Assembly: GCA_964016885.1 (NCBI GenBank)
Contig: OZ024745.1
Span: 60,388,001-60,452,000, forward strand
DNA: 64,000 nucleotides
Origin: Eledone cirrhosa
Lineage: Eukaryota
Reading direction: 5' to 3'
The position numbers and the translations under genes were made by a program. Each line of letters begins with the position of its first letter. The stretch's first letter is position 1. The notes under the pieces were generated by a model. It did no database searches. It was not told the DNA's origin and saw nothing but the letters and a program-made list of their open reading frames with translations. Positions 13,416 to 28,322 of this stretch are shown piece after piece.

Positions 13416-13879
13416 TTGTTACATCAAAGTCGTCACGTCCAAGCAAATTCACACGTCAGCCTCTTCATTATCATTCGTTGTCTTTAACTCCCATGCCATA
13501 TTACTCTGTCTGACTGTGTGTGTGTGTGTGCGTGTGTGCGTGTGCATGTGTGTGTGTGTGCGTGTGTGTGCGTGTGTGCGTGTGTGTGCGTGCGTGCGTG
13601 TGCGTGTGTGTGTATGTGTGTCACATTTTACACTGATGTATTATTTATACATACATGTATATGTATGTATGTGCATATATATAAATAAATTAATATATTA
13701 ATATATATATATATACCCAGAGAGAGAGAGAGGGGGGAGAGAGAGGGGGGAGAGAGAGAGAGAGAGTAGAATGACAGGAGTTCAGACAGGTGAAATTGCT
13801 TCAAATGGTTAACTATGCGAAATGACTAGTTCTATCCAGTGGTGAACCACCAAACTTAAATGTGTGTATGTATACAGAA

Positions 13880-14329
13880 CAAAGGGCAAAGGAGCTCTTA
13901 AGAGTCAATGGCCATCCAAAATTACCGGGAGAGATGACCCCTTAGCCTTTGTCAAGGCAGAATTCTAGGAGAAGGAAAACTCTGATATAACACCTGCAAC
14001 TCTGATGGTATCCAATGATGTTGACTTGTTCTTTTTGGTAAATATCATCTTGGTTAAGAGAGTGGGACTGGCTTTGTGCAGTGCCTTTGCTCACTATAAA
14101 AGCTTCACGGCACAGGCATTGCTTTATATCTGGAGATCTCTCTGCACTTGTCGTCACATGGTACCATGGGCCCAGCACTATGTGTCAATAATTGTCACAG
14201 GTGTAGTGTTTGTACCAGAGTTTTCAAGTCGGTGGCTGGACTAAAAAGTCACACTCGCTCAGCCCATCGGTAGGGGTTCTCCTACATGGATGTAAAGTAG
14301 TGGCCGTACTCGAAAACGAGTTGGCAGCC

Positions 14330-14332
<3 letters not shown>
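13880..14332 (+). mobile_element. RTE-derived bipartite non-autonomous element (family C)
   Basis: RTE 5'UTR-like CTAGGAGAAGGAAAACTCTGA joined to a C-terminal C2H2 remnant [22 protein letters not shown]. Copies at 37222-37533, 56264-56503 and 56538-57153. Confidence 0.7.
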
Positions 14333-14372
<40 letters not shown>

Positions 14373-14374
14373 AC

Positions 14375-14502
<128 letters not shown>

Positions 14503-14538
14503 GGGGGGGGAGAGGGAGAGAGAGATTATACACACACT

Positions 14539-14589
<51 letters not shown>

Positions 14590-14699
14590 GCGTTCTGCGT
14601 GAGTGAGTGAGTGTGTGTATGTATATATATACGTGTGTATATGTGTGCTATAACAAGACGTACATGAACTTCACAAACCTCATTTTAATTCGTTTAAAC

Positions 14700-15095
14700 G
14701 CGGTATCTATTCACTAAGAGTGCTCTTGAACTAGTTAACATTTAACTGTGTTGCTTGTTATTACAATGACGCATTAAAAGGCAGTGGCTTCAAAGATAAA
14801 TCAGATCTCTTACAGAACACCTCTAATACTATAAAGACGTAAAATAGGGAACCAAATAAATTGTATAATCCCCCAGGTGGTTTAAGTATATGTTCCACTA
14901 TTTCTTTATGCCTTACATATAAGCATATCCTTATAGACCACATATATAATAAGGTTTTTAATAGAAATATCGTCAAAGTGAGCTACACCTGCTGTATGGC
15001 TAGGTTAAGAGGAAAATTTTCCAGTACAAACATGCAAAACCCTTCTCCTCTTTGTAATTTCAATACCCCTAATATCTGCCCTTTCAACGATACGT
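14700..15095 (+). pseudogene. Degraded Penelope-like element ORF fragment
   Basis: YNDALKGSGF..YNPP..KVFNRNIVKVSYTC..CNFNTPNICPFNDTC resembles the PLE thumb/linker motif WFNPP..FNRNTVKVSYSC..CxCxxxxxCPLxGxC. Confidence 0.65.
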
Positions 15096-15362
15096 GTTTT
15101 GTTTTGTTTTTTCTGAATCCTTATTTATCGAACAAAGAACTCTCTAGTAAATAACAGTGAAACATAAAACTATGTAAGGTTTTCTGAGTTTCTTGTATAA
15201 AATGATCCTCGCAACACATGTATACATTCAGATTTCACTTCACTGTGCAAATATATCTGTAGATTAAAGGTGGATATTATTAGCAATGATAAAATCGTCC
15301 CTTCATATTAATTGTTCCAGAAAGTGTTACCCTTGTCCCTCGGAGAAGTATAACATCCTATC

Positions 15363-16091
15363 ATATAACTGTAATGACATTTAAACACTATAAATAATAC
15401 TTGAGAAAATTGGATAAATTACTTTTCGTGTCGAAAAAAGTGGATTGAGGCGAGTCGCCCATATTCAGTTTTCTTAATTAGTACCAATAGTGATCGACTG
15501 TTATTATAATTATTTCCTATCTTTAAGACTCTTGGTAATAGTTAAGAAAACTGAATAGGGGCGACTCGCCTCAATCCACTTTTTCTGTCTCTAAGAATAA
15601 CTTATACAATTATCTCTAGTACTATCAATGTAATCTGAGTTTTTCGAATATTAATAATAACATTCGATTCGTTTGCAATTATGCAAACAGCTCGTATACA
15701 GGAAATTGACTGATCAGTCTGCTGATATGCAAATTGACTGATCAGTCTGCTGATATGCAAATCTGACTGATCAGCCAGTCTGCTAATATGCAAATCCGCC
15801 CGATCAGTCACTGTATATTTTAGAAAATAGCATATACTTTCACTAGCTCTGACAGTTGGCAGGTGAACAGTGAGCTGTACTGATGAAGAGTGATACTTAA
15901 AAACATTAGTGTCTGCAGTTCTGTTTAGATGCCAACACAAGAGCAAGAATGAAGGGTTCACTCTACTGACATGGCTTTAAAAATGAGGCTAAGATTACAT
16001 TTATTATATTCAGCCATGTTGAGGGTATTTTTTTTTTTATTTTTTTTATTCTAGAACTATCAATAGTGATTAAATGTCATTACAGTTATAT
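15363..16091. mobile_element. Non-autonomous DNA element with nested inverted repeats
   Basis: Outer 29-bp IR 15363-15391 / 16063-16091 (1 mismatch); inner ~48-bp IR 15432-15480 / 15539-15586; 28-bp tandem repeat at ~15702-15810. Confidence 0.65.
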
Positions 16092-16147
16092 TATGCGTTT
16101 TGAACTTTTAATTTTCAAACATTCCCAGCACTTCGATAATTCATAAG

Positions 16148-16209
<62 letters not shown>

Positions 16210-16588
16210 GAAGTAGAAAGCAATAAGGTTATACATCCCCACATTTTATTATTATGTGTTAGCTGTTATACGCATTTTCGTGGTATCTGTTACATAATTT
16301 TAAATATGGTTTCGTCAAACAGCTCTCATCTATATAAATTTCAGTGATGTAATTTGATGATACATTAGCCAGGATGTTTCCGATGTTGATTCTACACTGC
16401 CTCTCTACTTCATTATTATACCATTATTCCGTCACACACAGACCTACGTGATCCCATATCATACGCGGAATGGTGTACTGATGTTGAGTTCTTAATACTT
16501 CTTACGCCAATGGCTATTGATCGATGTTTGGGACTGAAAAAGTAATCATTGATTGATTAATATTACATAACCACAGTGTATATATATA

Positions 16589-16700
16589 TAGGAACAAGTA
16601 AGACCCCGACGGCTGAGCTCAAGCCGTTTCGACGGCTAATTCAAGTATTGAGTACTTTGGTGCGTTATGGTCCACCTGGTTCCTTACCACATTTCCTTCG

Positions 16701-16702
<2 letters not shown>
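16589..16702 (+). mobile_element. Fold-back family A copy with one arm deleted
   Basis: Matches 28006-28060 joined directly to 28141-28201. Confidence 0.8.
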
Positions 16703-16746
<44 letters not shown>

Positions 16747-16785
16747 ATACTTTGGGAGGGTCATGTTGCCAATATGTTGTCATGT

Positions 16786-17392
<607 letters not shown>

Positions 17393-17687
17393 CGATAAAT
17401 TAACGGAGCCATAGACTCTGTCATTAATGTGCTCAAAGGAGAAGGAATCCCGGGCACTTTATAATACAATATGTATTGTGTGTGTGTGTGTGTAGAGAGA
17501 GAGAGAGAATGCTTTTCGGTATTTGTTTTTGCTCTCTGCTTTCTGAGTTCAAATCCCACCGAGGTCACCTTTACCTTTCATCGTTTTGAGATCGATAGAA
17601 AATGTGTCAATCTTGTACTGGTATCGATTCTTCCTCAATGTCTATTTCTCATTTCCTTTCTATTACTCTCTTCCCCCCACCCCTCTC

Positions 17688-17751
<64 letters not shown>

Positions 17752-18116
17752 TCTCTCTCTTCATCTTCTTCTTCTCCTCCTCCTCTTCCTGGAAAAAATA
17801 AGCTGTGTTCAAACTTGAGGAGGGGATGGACTCCTCCAAGTTTAAAATGCACCAGAAGCGCCGTATGTCATCAGGGCGTTCCTACAACTCCGTGAGTCTA
17901 TACATATATACAGGTGGCGGATTAAGGAGGCAGGAGCTGACTGCACTATAACCAGAGGCAGAACAATATTTAAAGGATCCCAAAGTATTTATTTATTTAC
18001 TGCTATCTTAAATAACACGAAAGGGGCTTCGATTAGATTTTTAATCTGGGACCCTATGCAAGCTTAATCAATCCCAGAAAAGAGGATCATTGGAAAATGT
18101 AATCCTAGATAGATAT

Positions 18117-18598
18117 TTGTTGGGTGTTCCCTCCAAGACACGTTTAAAGCAGCACGGAGCATACGTGTGTATGCCCCGTCTAGCTTTTTCTCCAGTTTCG
18201 ACGTTAGCGTCCAAGTGACAGAGCCATAAACAAGCACAGATTCCACAGCAGCTCTGAAGAAATTCCTTTTCAGTTTGGCCGGCAGGTTTGATTTCCATAT
18301 TTTTTCACCTGCTGATAGGTGGAAATATACCACCTATCAGCAGGTCAATACGTGGACAGAGACTCAGATTTGCTGGCCACTGTTGGCACAGCAAGGAAGA
18401 AATAGCAGGTGATGTGTTGTTGTGGAGTCCATCTCATGGAGCAAGAAACGCTGGTCGTCCCAAGAAAACATACGTCAAGCAACTTGAGGACGATACTGGA
18501 TGCGCTGCGGAAGAACTGGCAAACGCTCTGAGAGACAGAGATGGATGGAGGAAACGTGTCGTAGAAAGCCGAGCAAGCTCGACCTGACGATGATGATG
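18117..18598 (+). mobile_element. RTE-type LINE 3' fragment with 5' inversion
   Basis: Minus part IWKSNL..VESVLVYGSVTWTL..; plus part RLRFAGHCW..GRPKKTY; (GAT)n tail; TSD AGATAGATAT at 18107-18116 / 18599-18608. Confidence 0.9.
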
Positions 18599-19074
18599 AG
18601 ATAGATATATCATGCCTGAAAAAGAAAATACTCGGATATGTTTAATCGTAAAGTCTATACTATCACAACTGCTCTCTCACTAAACAACATCCGAATATGA
18701 TTAAAATCGCGTCAACTGTATCAAAGGCTCTGTCTCTAAAAACCAATGAAGGTCATAGATGCCGCCTTTCTTCTTGAATAAACCGACATTCCTCTTCAAC
18801 GAGTTTCAATAAAACGTTCGCATTAACTGGGCAGCTGACTTCTACCATAGTAGAGGACGTTCTATGCTGGTGATAATGTCTTATATGTGGGGAGACTGAA
18901 ACGTTTTGAGCCTCCAAAAAACAGTAACATATACAAATATGTTCTTGCTTTATTTATCATCATAATCTCCCATTGAGTCCACACACTTCTTCCATCAAAA
19001 GTTCATTTGCATAACTATTTATATTCTGTGTGAGGCTCAGAACTTTTCAGTTCCCTTTCGTATCCCTCTCTCTC

Positions 19075-19147
<73 letters not shown>

Positions 19148-19227
19148 GGTAAACAGAAATAGCAACACAATTGGTACAGTATATGGAAGAGATATATTAG
19201 GTTAACGCTTGATATAGCAGGAAGAGG

Positions 19228-19265
19228 TTCTTAACGTTTCGGACGCTAGTCCTTCATCAGAAGAA
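19228..19265 (-). ncRNA. Minimal type-I hammerhead ribozyme (Penelope-type)
   Basis: Minus strand: TTCTT-CTGATGA-A-GGAC-TAGC-GTCC-GAAA-CG-TT-AAGAA. Confidence 0.85.
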
Positions 19266-19687
19266 AGAATGAGAAATAAGATAGATTGAGGGGACGGGTG
19301 GGTTGGAATTGGAAAAAATGTCTTTAGATAAAAATAACATGTCCATTCATGTTGACATCTCTTGCAAAACTGTTGGTGCTGGCGTTTTGTGTATGATTAA
19401 TTTTTTAGAAAAGTGGATGATGGAGCGCGTCTACCTGAAATGGAAAAAAAAAACGGTTTTGTAAAAAGAGCTATACTTGTGCACATGCGTAAGCATGTGT
19501 GTGTGTGTGTGTGTGTTTGTGTTATTATGCGTCAGTACGAAGCTAAGAGGAAATGTGTGTGTATATATATAAGTAAAAGAGTGTGTGTGCATGTAAGTAC
19601 GATATATATATATATCATGAATGTGTAGCCTTACTTTGCTGTTGTACGAGAATTGGACTTTCACTCCAGCAACATCTTTAAGGACAC

Positions 19688-19815
19688 TAATTTTTCTCTG
19701 ATGAGTCTTATAAGTACATCTCTATTGTACTATATATACACACATATACACACATATATCTGTCTACCTATCGTATTGAAAATGTACTTGAAGACGAAAC
19801 ACCGTGTAAAAATTA
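19688..19815 (+). ncRNA. Type-I hammerhead with large loop 2
   Basis: CTGATGA(19698)-GTCTT..AAGTACAT/ATGTACTT..AAGAC-GAAA(19796)-CAC-C-GTG-TA; stem I TAATTTT/AAAATTA is offset by 3 nt. Confidence 0.75.
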
Positions 19816-19861
19816 AATCTTGTTTTTAAATGTCTTGCTTTCTCCTCCATATATTTTTGAT

Positions 19862-19965
<104 letters not shown>

Positions 19966-21021
19966 TTGCAGATATGTTTTACTGTATTGAAAAGGCGTGG
20001 TTGTATTCTAGAGTAGGACGAATAGGAGTGAGTTTGACGACGACGAGGTGTGTATTGTGTGTATTGTGTGTATGTGTATTGTGTATCTGTGTGTTTGTAT
20101 GTGTATTGTGTATCTGTGTGTGTGTGTGTGTGTAATTAATTATTGTCATTGTTTAGGTCAGCTTCGATTGAGCAGAGCTATGATCAAAGCCACCTCTCCG
20201 TCTTTTGTTTTCAGACATAGTGTATCCAATATGTCGTTCCTTGTTTAAGACGACGATGCATGCTTTGAGAGAGTTTTGACTGCTGTTTCTAGTAAGTCGT
20301 AAGAGTTGGTAGAGAATCAGATAAAATATCATTACGGTATTTGTTCTGGCTCTTTACATTCTGAGTCCAAGTACAGCCGAGGTTAACTTTGTCTTTTATC
20401 CTTCTGAGATCGATAAAATAAACTACAAGTACTAGGGTTGATATAACCCTTTAGCATTTCCATTACTCTATATTTACTATTATATTTTCATGGTAAAGGT
20501 TTTACCTCACAGAATTATCTCACATAATATCGAATCTACGAGATTCGGATATTATTTATTTTGAGAACAATACCTTAACATAAGTATAAGCGGTCGGTTA
20601 CAGCTGGTTTGAACAGAAAGAGGTGAGATAATTCTTGCCGGATATGGCCGGTTTAAATGCTAAAGGGATAATCAACTTTGACCCTCCCTACAAATCTTCG
20701 AGCCTAAATTAGATATCATGAAGGCCTCCTGTGTGGCTAATAAAGAAATTATTTCTAGCAAGTTATACCACTGCGTAGAGGCGCCATCGTTGGTTCATAT
20801 GTGTGTATGTTACGAATGTAAATGTATGTGTGTGCGGTGCATAGTTGTGCGTATGTGTTTGCGTGTGCAATTGTGTTATGTAATATTTCCTGCATATTTA
20901 TATGTATGTGCATGTGTACGTGTGTATGTGCATGTGTACATGTGTGTGAGTATGTGCACATGTGTGTGAGCATGTGTACGTATTGCTTTGCGTTATCTTT
21001 GCATAATTGTATTGTCAACTG

Positions 21022-21092
<71 letters not shown>

Positions 21093-21149
21093 GTAGAGAC
21101 GTGTGTATGTGTTTGCGTGAACAACTGTGTTGTGTAATATTTCCTGCAT

Positions 21150-22450
21150 ACGTATGTGCATGTGTACGTGTATGTGCATGTGTACACATATGTGCATGCG
21201 TACGTGTGCATGTGCATATGTACGTGTGTATGTGCATGTGTTCGTGTGTATGTGCATGTGTACGTGTGTATGTGCATGTGTACGTGTATATATGCATGTG
21301 TACGTGTGTATGTGCATATGTACGTGTGTATGTGCATGTGTACGTGTGTATGTGCATGTGTACGTGTATATATGCATGTGTACGTGTGCATGTGCATATG
21401 TGCGTGTGTATGTGCATATGTACGTGTGTATGTGCATGTGTACGTGTATATATGCATGTGTACGTGTGCATGTGCATATGTACGTGTGTATGTGCATGTG
21501 TACGTGTATATATGCGTGTGTACGTGTGTATGTGCATGTGTGCGTGTGTATGTGCATGTGTGCATATAGCTGTGCATTATCTTTGCATAATTGTATTGTT
21601 ACTTGATATGTGTGTGTGTGTGTGTGTATATCTATTCATGTGTACGTGCGTGTGTATATGTGTGTGTACGTGTGTATGTGTGCATGTGTACATATTGATG
21701 CACTATCTGCATCTAAATATTGCCTATTGATATGTGCGCTGTATGTTCGTGTGTGCGTGCGTGTGTTTACGCTTGTGTGTTTGTGTGTACGTGTGTATGT
21801 GCATGTGTACGTATCGATGTACGTATATGTGTACGTATATATTGTCAATTGATGTGTCTGTGTGTCTGCCTATATGTCTGTGTACATGTGTCTGCCTATG
21901 TGTCTGTCTACATCTGTATGTGTGTCTACATGTGTCTGCCTGTCTACATGTGTCTGTCTGTCTACATGTGTCTGTCTGTCTACATGTGTCTGCCTATGTG
22001 TCTGTCTACATGTGTCTGTCTATCTACATGTGTCTGTGTGTGTTTGTGTGTCTACATGTGTCTGTGTGTTTACATGTGTCTGTGTGTCTGTGTGTGTTTG
22101 TGTGTCTACATGTGACTGTGTGTGTTTGTGTGTCTACATGTGTCTGTGTGTTTACATGTGTCTGTGTGTCTGCGTGTGTGTTTGTGTGTCTACGTGTGTT
22201 TGTGTGTCTACATGTGTCTGAGTGTGTACGTGTGTCTGTGTGTCTACATGTGTTTGTGTGTCTACATGTGTCTGCGTGTCTACATGTGTTTGCCTGTCTA
22301 CATGTGTCTGTGTGTTTACATGTGTCTGTGTGTCTACCTGTGTCTGTCTGTCTATATGTGTCTGTGTGTTTACATGTGTCTGTGTGTCTGTGTGTCTACA
22401 TGTGTCTGTGTGTCTACATCTGTCTGTGTGTCTGCGTGTGTATCTGTGGT
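21150..22450. repeat. TG-derived minisatellites (20-bp TGTACGTGTGTATGTGCATG; ~18-bp TGTCTACATGTGTCTGTG)
   Basis: Tandem units visible at ~21150-21560 and ~21850-22450. Confidence 0.9.
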
Positions 22451-22502
22451 CTGTGTGTGCGTGCGTCTGCGTATGTGTATGTTTGACTGCATGTGTATCT
22501 AT

Positions 22503-22606
<104 letters not shown>

Positions 22607-22907
22607 CGCATTTATTCGTGTTTAATCTGCATGCAGACAGACAGACAGGCAGACAGACTGACAGACAGGCAGACAGACAGACAGACAGACAGGCAGGCAG
22701 AGAGACAGAGAGACTGACAAATAGACAAAAAGACAGACAGACTGACTGACAGACAGGCAAACTGACAGACTGACAGGCAGACAAGCGGAGTCTATATAAT
22801 AGTAGTTAGATTCTTCTTCCTCACACATTGACATCAACGTAATCAGCCTTTATTCTGGAAAGAAACGATATGAACCAACACTTCCACACCTACATTATAT
22901 ACATTAT

Positions 22908-23404
22908 GTTAACTTTGCCTTTCATCCTTACGGGGTCGATAAAATAAAGTACCAGTAATGTACTGGGTAATTGCTGGCCTTGTGCCTAAAGTAGAAACAA
23001 TTATATACATTATATACATATTAAGGCGGTGAATTGGCAGTATCGGTAGAGGGTTGCACGCCATGCTTTCCAGCATAGTTACGTCTCTTTACGATCTGAG
23101 TTCAAATCCCGCCGAGGTTGACTTTGCCTTTCATCCTTACGGGGTCGATAAAATAAAAGTACCAGTAATGTACTGGGTAATTGCTGGCCTTGTGCCAAAA
23201 GTAGAAACAATTAAATACATATTAAGGCGGTGAATTGGCAGTAACGGTAGAGGGTCGGACGCCATGCTTTCTAGCATAGTTACGTCCCTTTACAGTCTGA
23301 GTTCAAATCGCGCCGAGGTTAACTTTGCCTTACGGAGTCGATAAAATAAAGTACCAGTAATGTACTGGGTAATTTGCTGGCCTTGTGCCTAAAGTAGAAA
23401 CAAT
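22908..23404 (+). mobile_element. Tandem cluster of three Meta-domain SINEs
   Basis: Partial 22908-23002; full 23024-23213 and 23225-23404 (GGCGGTGAATTGGCAG head, B-box GTTCAAATC). Confidence 0.85.
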
Positions 23405-23427
23405 TATATATATATTAAAGTGAGTGT

Positions 23428-24830
23428 AGCCACCACACTTACACTGTATCACCACCACCACCACCACCACACTTACACTGCTGCACTGTACCATCACCAC
23501 CAACAACACCAACACCGTCACAGCCACCAGCACCACCTCCACCAACACCACCACCTCCACCAACACCAACACCACGACCACCACCGCCACCACCACCGCC
23601 ACACTTCCACTGCCATGTACCACTACCACCACCACCACCACCATCAACACCACCAACACCACCAACACCACCAACACCACCACCAACACCAACACCACCA
23701 CCTCCACGACCACCACCGCCACCACCACCACCACACTTCCACTGCCATGTACCACTACCACCACCACCACCATCAACACCACCAACACCACCAACACCAC
23801 TACCACCACCACCACCACCACCACCACACGTACACTGCACTGTACGACGACCACCACCACCATCATCACCACCTCCACCTCCACCTCCACCACCACACTT
23901 CCACTGCCATGTACCACCATCACCACCAACACACTTCCACTGTACCATCATCACCACCTCCACCACCACCACCACCACCACACTTCTACCACCACCAACA
24001 CCACCACACGTACACTGCACAGTACGACCACCACCACCACCAACACACTTCCACTGTACCACCAGCACCACCTCCACCAACACCACCACCACCACCACAC
24101 TTCCACTGCACTGTACCATCATCACCACCTCCACCGCCACCACCACACTTCCACTGCCATGTACCACCATCACCACTAACACACTTCCACTGTACCATCA
24201 TCACCACCACAATCACCACCACCACACTTCCACTACCATGTACCACCAACACCACCACCACTCTTAGACTCCCATCACCATTTTTATGTTCCTGCTCCGC
24301 CACTACCATCACCACCAACATCATCATTGCCATCATCACTACCACCACCACCAACACTTACACGATCACCGCCATCACCGCAGTCACCACCATCGCCACC
24401 ACCACCACCACCATCGCCACCAATTTTACCACCAACATCACCACCATCGCCACCACCATGATCCCCAACGCCGTTGCCACCACCATCATCATCATCATCA
24501 TAACCAATACTACTACCACCAGCACCAGCACCAGCACTACCACCACCGCCGTTTCCACCATCGCTACCACCACTACCACCACCACCACCACAGCCACCAT
24601 CATCACCAACACCAACATCATCGCTCCCATCGTCATTACCACCACCACTTACACCACCACCACCACCACCGCAGTCACCATCATCATCACCGCTACTGCC
24701 ACCACCAGCACCGCTACTACCACCTACCTCCTCGACTACCTCCACTACCACCACCACTAGCTCTACCACCATCATCATCATCATCATCATCACCACCATC
24801 AGCATCGCCACCACCATCACAGACAACAAC
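23428..24830. repeat. Degenerate (ACC)n-rich low-complexity minisatellite
   Basis: ACC runs with a recurring CACACTTCCACTGCCATGTACC motif. Confidence 0.85.
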
Positions 24831-25840
24831 AACGCACAAGTCCACAACGAAACCTCTGCATGGCTGTTCGATTTGACAGAAATAGCAGCCACATTTCCCA
24901 TAAATCCGGCCCTACTGTCAATTTGATATTTAGGACTTCCGTAGACAAGGTAGTATTGAATGTTTGAATAGAGGACTGGATGGTGATTATAGCTGGGACG
25001 CTTTTGATCCCAGCTCTACTCTGTCACGTCTGACCTGGGGCTAAACGACACTGTTAATGAACAAGCCACCAACGCCATTACCGCTTTTAATAAATTTCGT
25101 ATATTCGCACAGGAAACATATTTGATAGAAAGTTCTAGCTGTTTTACAGCTTCCCTTGTTTTCCATTTTTATAGGCTTATCCTGCCTCCCGTTGGCCTTC
25201 CCTATTCAGATTTTTTATTTTTTATTTTATATCAACTTATATCTATCTTGGTTTTTTTTTTGGGGGGGGGGGTCTCAATTGTAAAAAATACTAGATACTT
25301 CCCCTAGTTTGTCATGGCTTACTAGCTCTATTCGGACGTTTACATTGATTAATTGTCTAAATAAATAAAGTCGAGTGATCTGATTGTTACTGATTTTTTA
25401 ATTAGCTCAGAAGAATGTTAATCAAAGTCATACTCAGCATACTAAATTCAAACGCTCCAAAACGTTGAAAACTGTTCAACCATTTCTGTCAAACAAAACG
25501 AGGGAGCCTCTATGTGGTTATTCAACCTGTTAAAAATAGCAGCCAAATCTCCATTAAATGACACACTGGCGTCTTAAAAGGAGAAAGACAGATGGTCTTG
25601 GATGCATACTGCCCAAGAAAACAAAAACAAAAGAAAAAACAAAAGCATTTTGCGATGGTCATGGGTTTAACACTTTTGATCATAGATAGGTTTGCTTTAC
25701 CAAAGCTGACCTGGGGCTAAACAACATCTCTTCAACCAGCAGTGAGAACTCTCTAGTAGGAGCGTTTGAATTTAGAACGTTGAGAAGAAATTAAACGTTC
25801 TAATGCATTCGGTCCTTAGCCTGACGCTCTGTCGTCACTT

Positions 25841-25883
<43 letters not shown>

Positions 25884-26839
25884 GCTGCTGCTCCTGTTGC
25901 TGATGATGATGATGCCAACTGACTTGCTACAAAAGGCAACTCACCATACAATACAAACCAAATATTTGTAAGAAAAGGCGCATGACTTACAAACACATAA
26001 AAACATACTGAATAGAAATTATGATTTTTAAATAATATAATTTTCCAAAATTAATACTATGAAATTATCCTAATAGCTTCGTGATCTGCCAGAAAGACAC
26101 TTAAGATATATTTTATACGTAATAGATTTTTTTTTTTTTTTTTTTTTTGTTATAAGCTTCAAGCTTTTTCGATGATTATGATGAATATATTAAAGTTTGC
26201 TCAGAGAATAATGAAGACAGTGGTATTCATGAATAAATTTATGTGCAAACAACATTATCAATCGAAATGTGAGCCATCTAATTCTATAACAGAAGCATTT
26301 CTGTGGTCGTTCGACCTTTTAGAAATAACAGTCAAATATCCTCCAAATCACACCATGACGTCTTAAATAGAAACGGGTATATATTGGACAATATGGTCCA
26401 TGAACGGGCGGATTGTCATGGCTGAGATGTTTTGGATGTTGTTGTTACTTGTTATTTAGCCCCAGGTTGGCTATAATCAAGGATACTTGTGGTTCAAAGA
26501 GTTCTGGCCATGAGCAATCCATCCCATCTTATTTTCAATTTGAAAGTTTCATCTTTTTTTTGTTTGTTGTTGTTGTTGTTGTGGAAGGTGATGATGTATT
26601 CTGAAATAAGCCAAAAATATCCGGGACAATGTTATTCAATGTGTCACGGATGCTAATTAATCTCGGATCGATGTTAATTTTAAATTGGTATACTGTTGTT
26701 TGAGGCAAATTTAGGCTGTCATTTCTAGCAGGGAGAGTTACTGTGTAGGTACTTCCTACTTGGCTTGCCTTAGCCTCGTAGAATTCCCTGGCTGCATTCT
26801 GTGTATATGTGCCATTGTGGATTTTTTTTTTTTTTTGTG

Positions 26840-27212
26840 GGGAACAATTTTTACTATTACACCCGTCTCGCTTTGGAAGTAAAATTTATGTTTTTCATAT
26901 GAGTTTTGACGTGTTTTCAACGAATATGAAAATTATTCCTTTTTTAGTTACCAAGGGGCTAGCTGCTCTATCGAATTTCTTGGGTTTGGAGGTGTATATT
27001 ACACTCGTTTCACTTTGTAAGTGAAATATATGTTTTTCCTATGGTTTTTAATGTATTTTGAACGAATATGGCCTTCAAAACTGTTGAAAATTATTCATTT
27101 AGTAGTTAATTTGTTGAGAATGGGGCGCTTCACCTTCTCCTAGTTAACTAAAAAACGAATAATTTTCGATGGTTTTGAAAGAGAGACGGGTATAATAGTA
27201 AAAAAAATTCCC
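26840..27212. mobile_element. MITE-like element
   Basis: ~30-bp imperfect IR TTTTACTATTACACCCGTCTC / GAGACGGGTATAATAGTAAAA. Confidence 0.6.
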
Positions 27213-27954
27213 TTTTTTTCTCTCTCTTTAAAAATGTGCTTGAACGTTAGAGGATGTCAGTTAGTGAGTGAAAAATATGTTCAGTATGGCGGCTAAGGCA
27301 TCCCAATGATATAATCCAGGTCAGTTTGTGCAGCGTCCATTTGCACAAATATTGGTTTTCCATGAATCTGTGTCAGACATGTCAAAATTATAAACTCTAT
27401 CGCTTTAAATGGTTTGTAATTGTGTAGATTACAAAACCTAAATTAAAACTACAAGAAGACATTTTTTTAACGGTCTGAAATGATTTTAAAATATAATTTT
27501 CGTAATAAAATAAACAATTGAGAAAATATTGATTTCTTAAACCGGCACAAATTTCTAAGAAAGAATTAGAATCGAGTGAATTGATTCTCAGTACTTATTG
27601 ATCTCAGATGAAAATTAAATTAGATTCCCGGAAGGGTTCCAATTCATTGTGCATGGGGACTAAACACTGGAAAAAATTATGCAACTTCCTAAGGGTTTGT
27701 TATTTCTTCGACTTAATAACACTTGAAATGTCACTAAATATTTTTTTCTTTTACAAATATCTACTGTAAGCGAGGCGGGGATAGTCAAGTGGGACTTTTT
27801 AGTAATAGATGTAAATATATTATAATACAAGACTCCCACCGAGGTAGACATTGCCTTTCATCGTTTCCAACTCGATGAAAAAGAGATATCAATCCAGTAC
27901 TGGGGTCGATTCTTTCTCTATATCTCTTATTTCTCTCTCACTTACACACACACA

Positions 27955-28322
<368 letters not shown>

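Noticed and set aside
16205-16417. TA-flanked unit with ~19-bp IR and TAGATGA..GAAA on the minus strand
   Set aside because: Core mutated and stem II absent; too degenerate to call.
23420-24760. 446-aa His/Pro/Thr ORF
   Set aside because: It drifts among CAC/CCA/ACC phases, as expected for a non-coding repeat.
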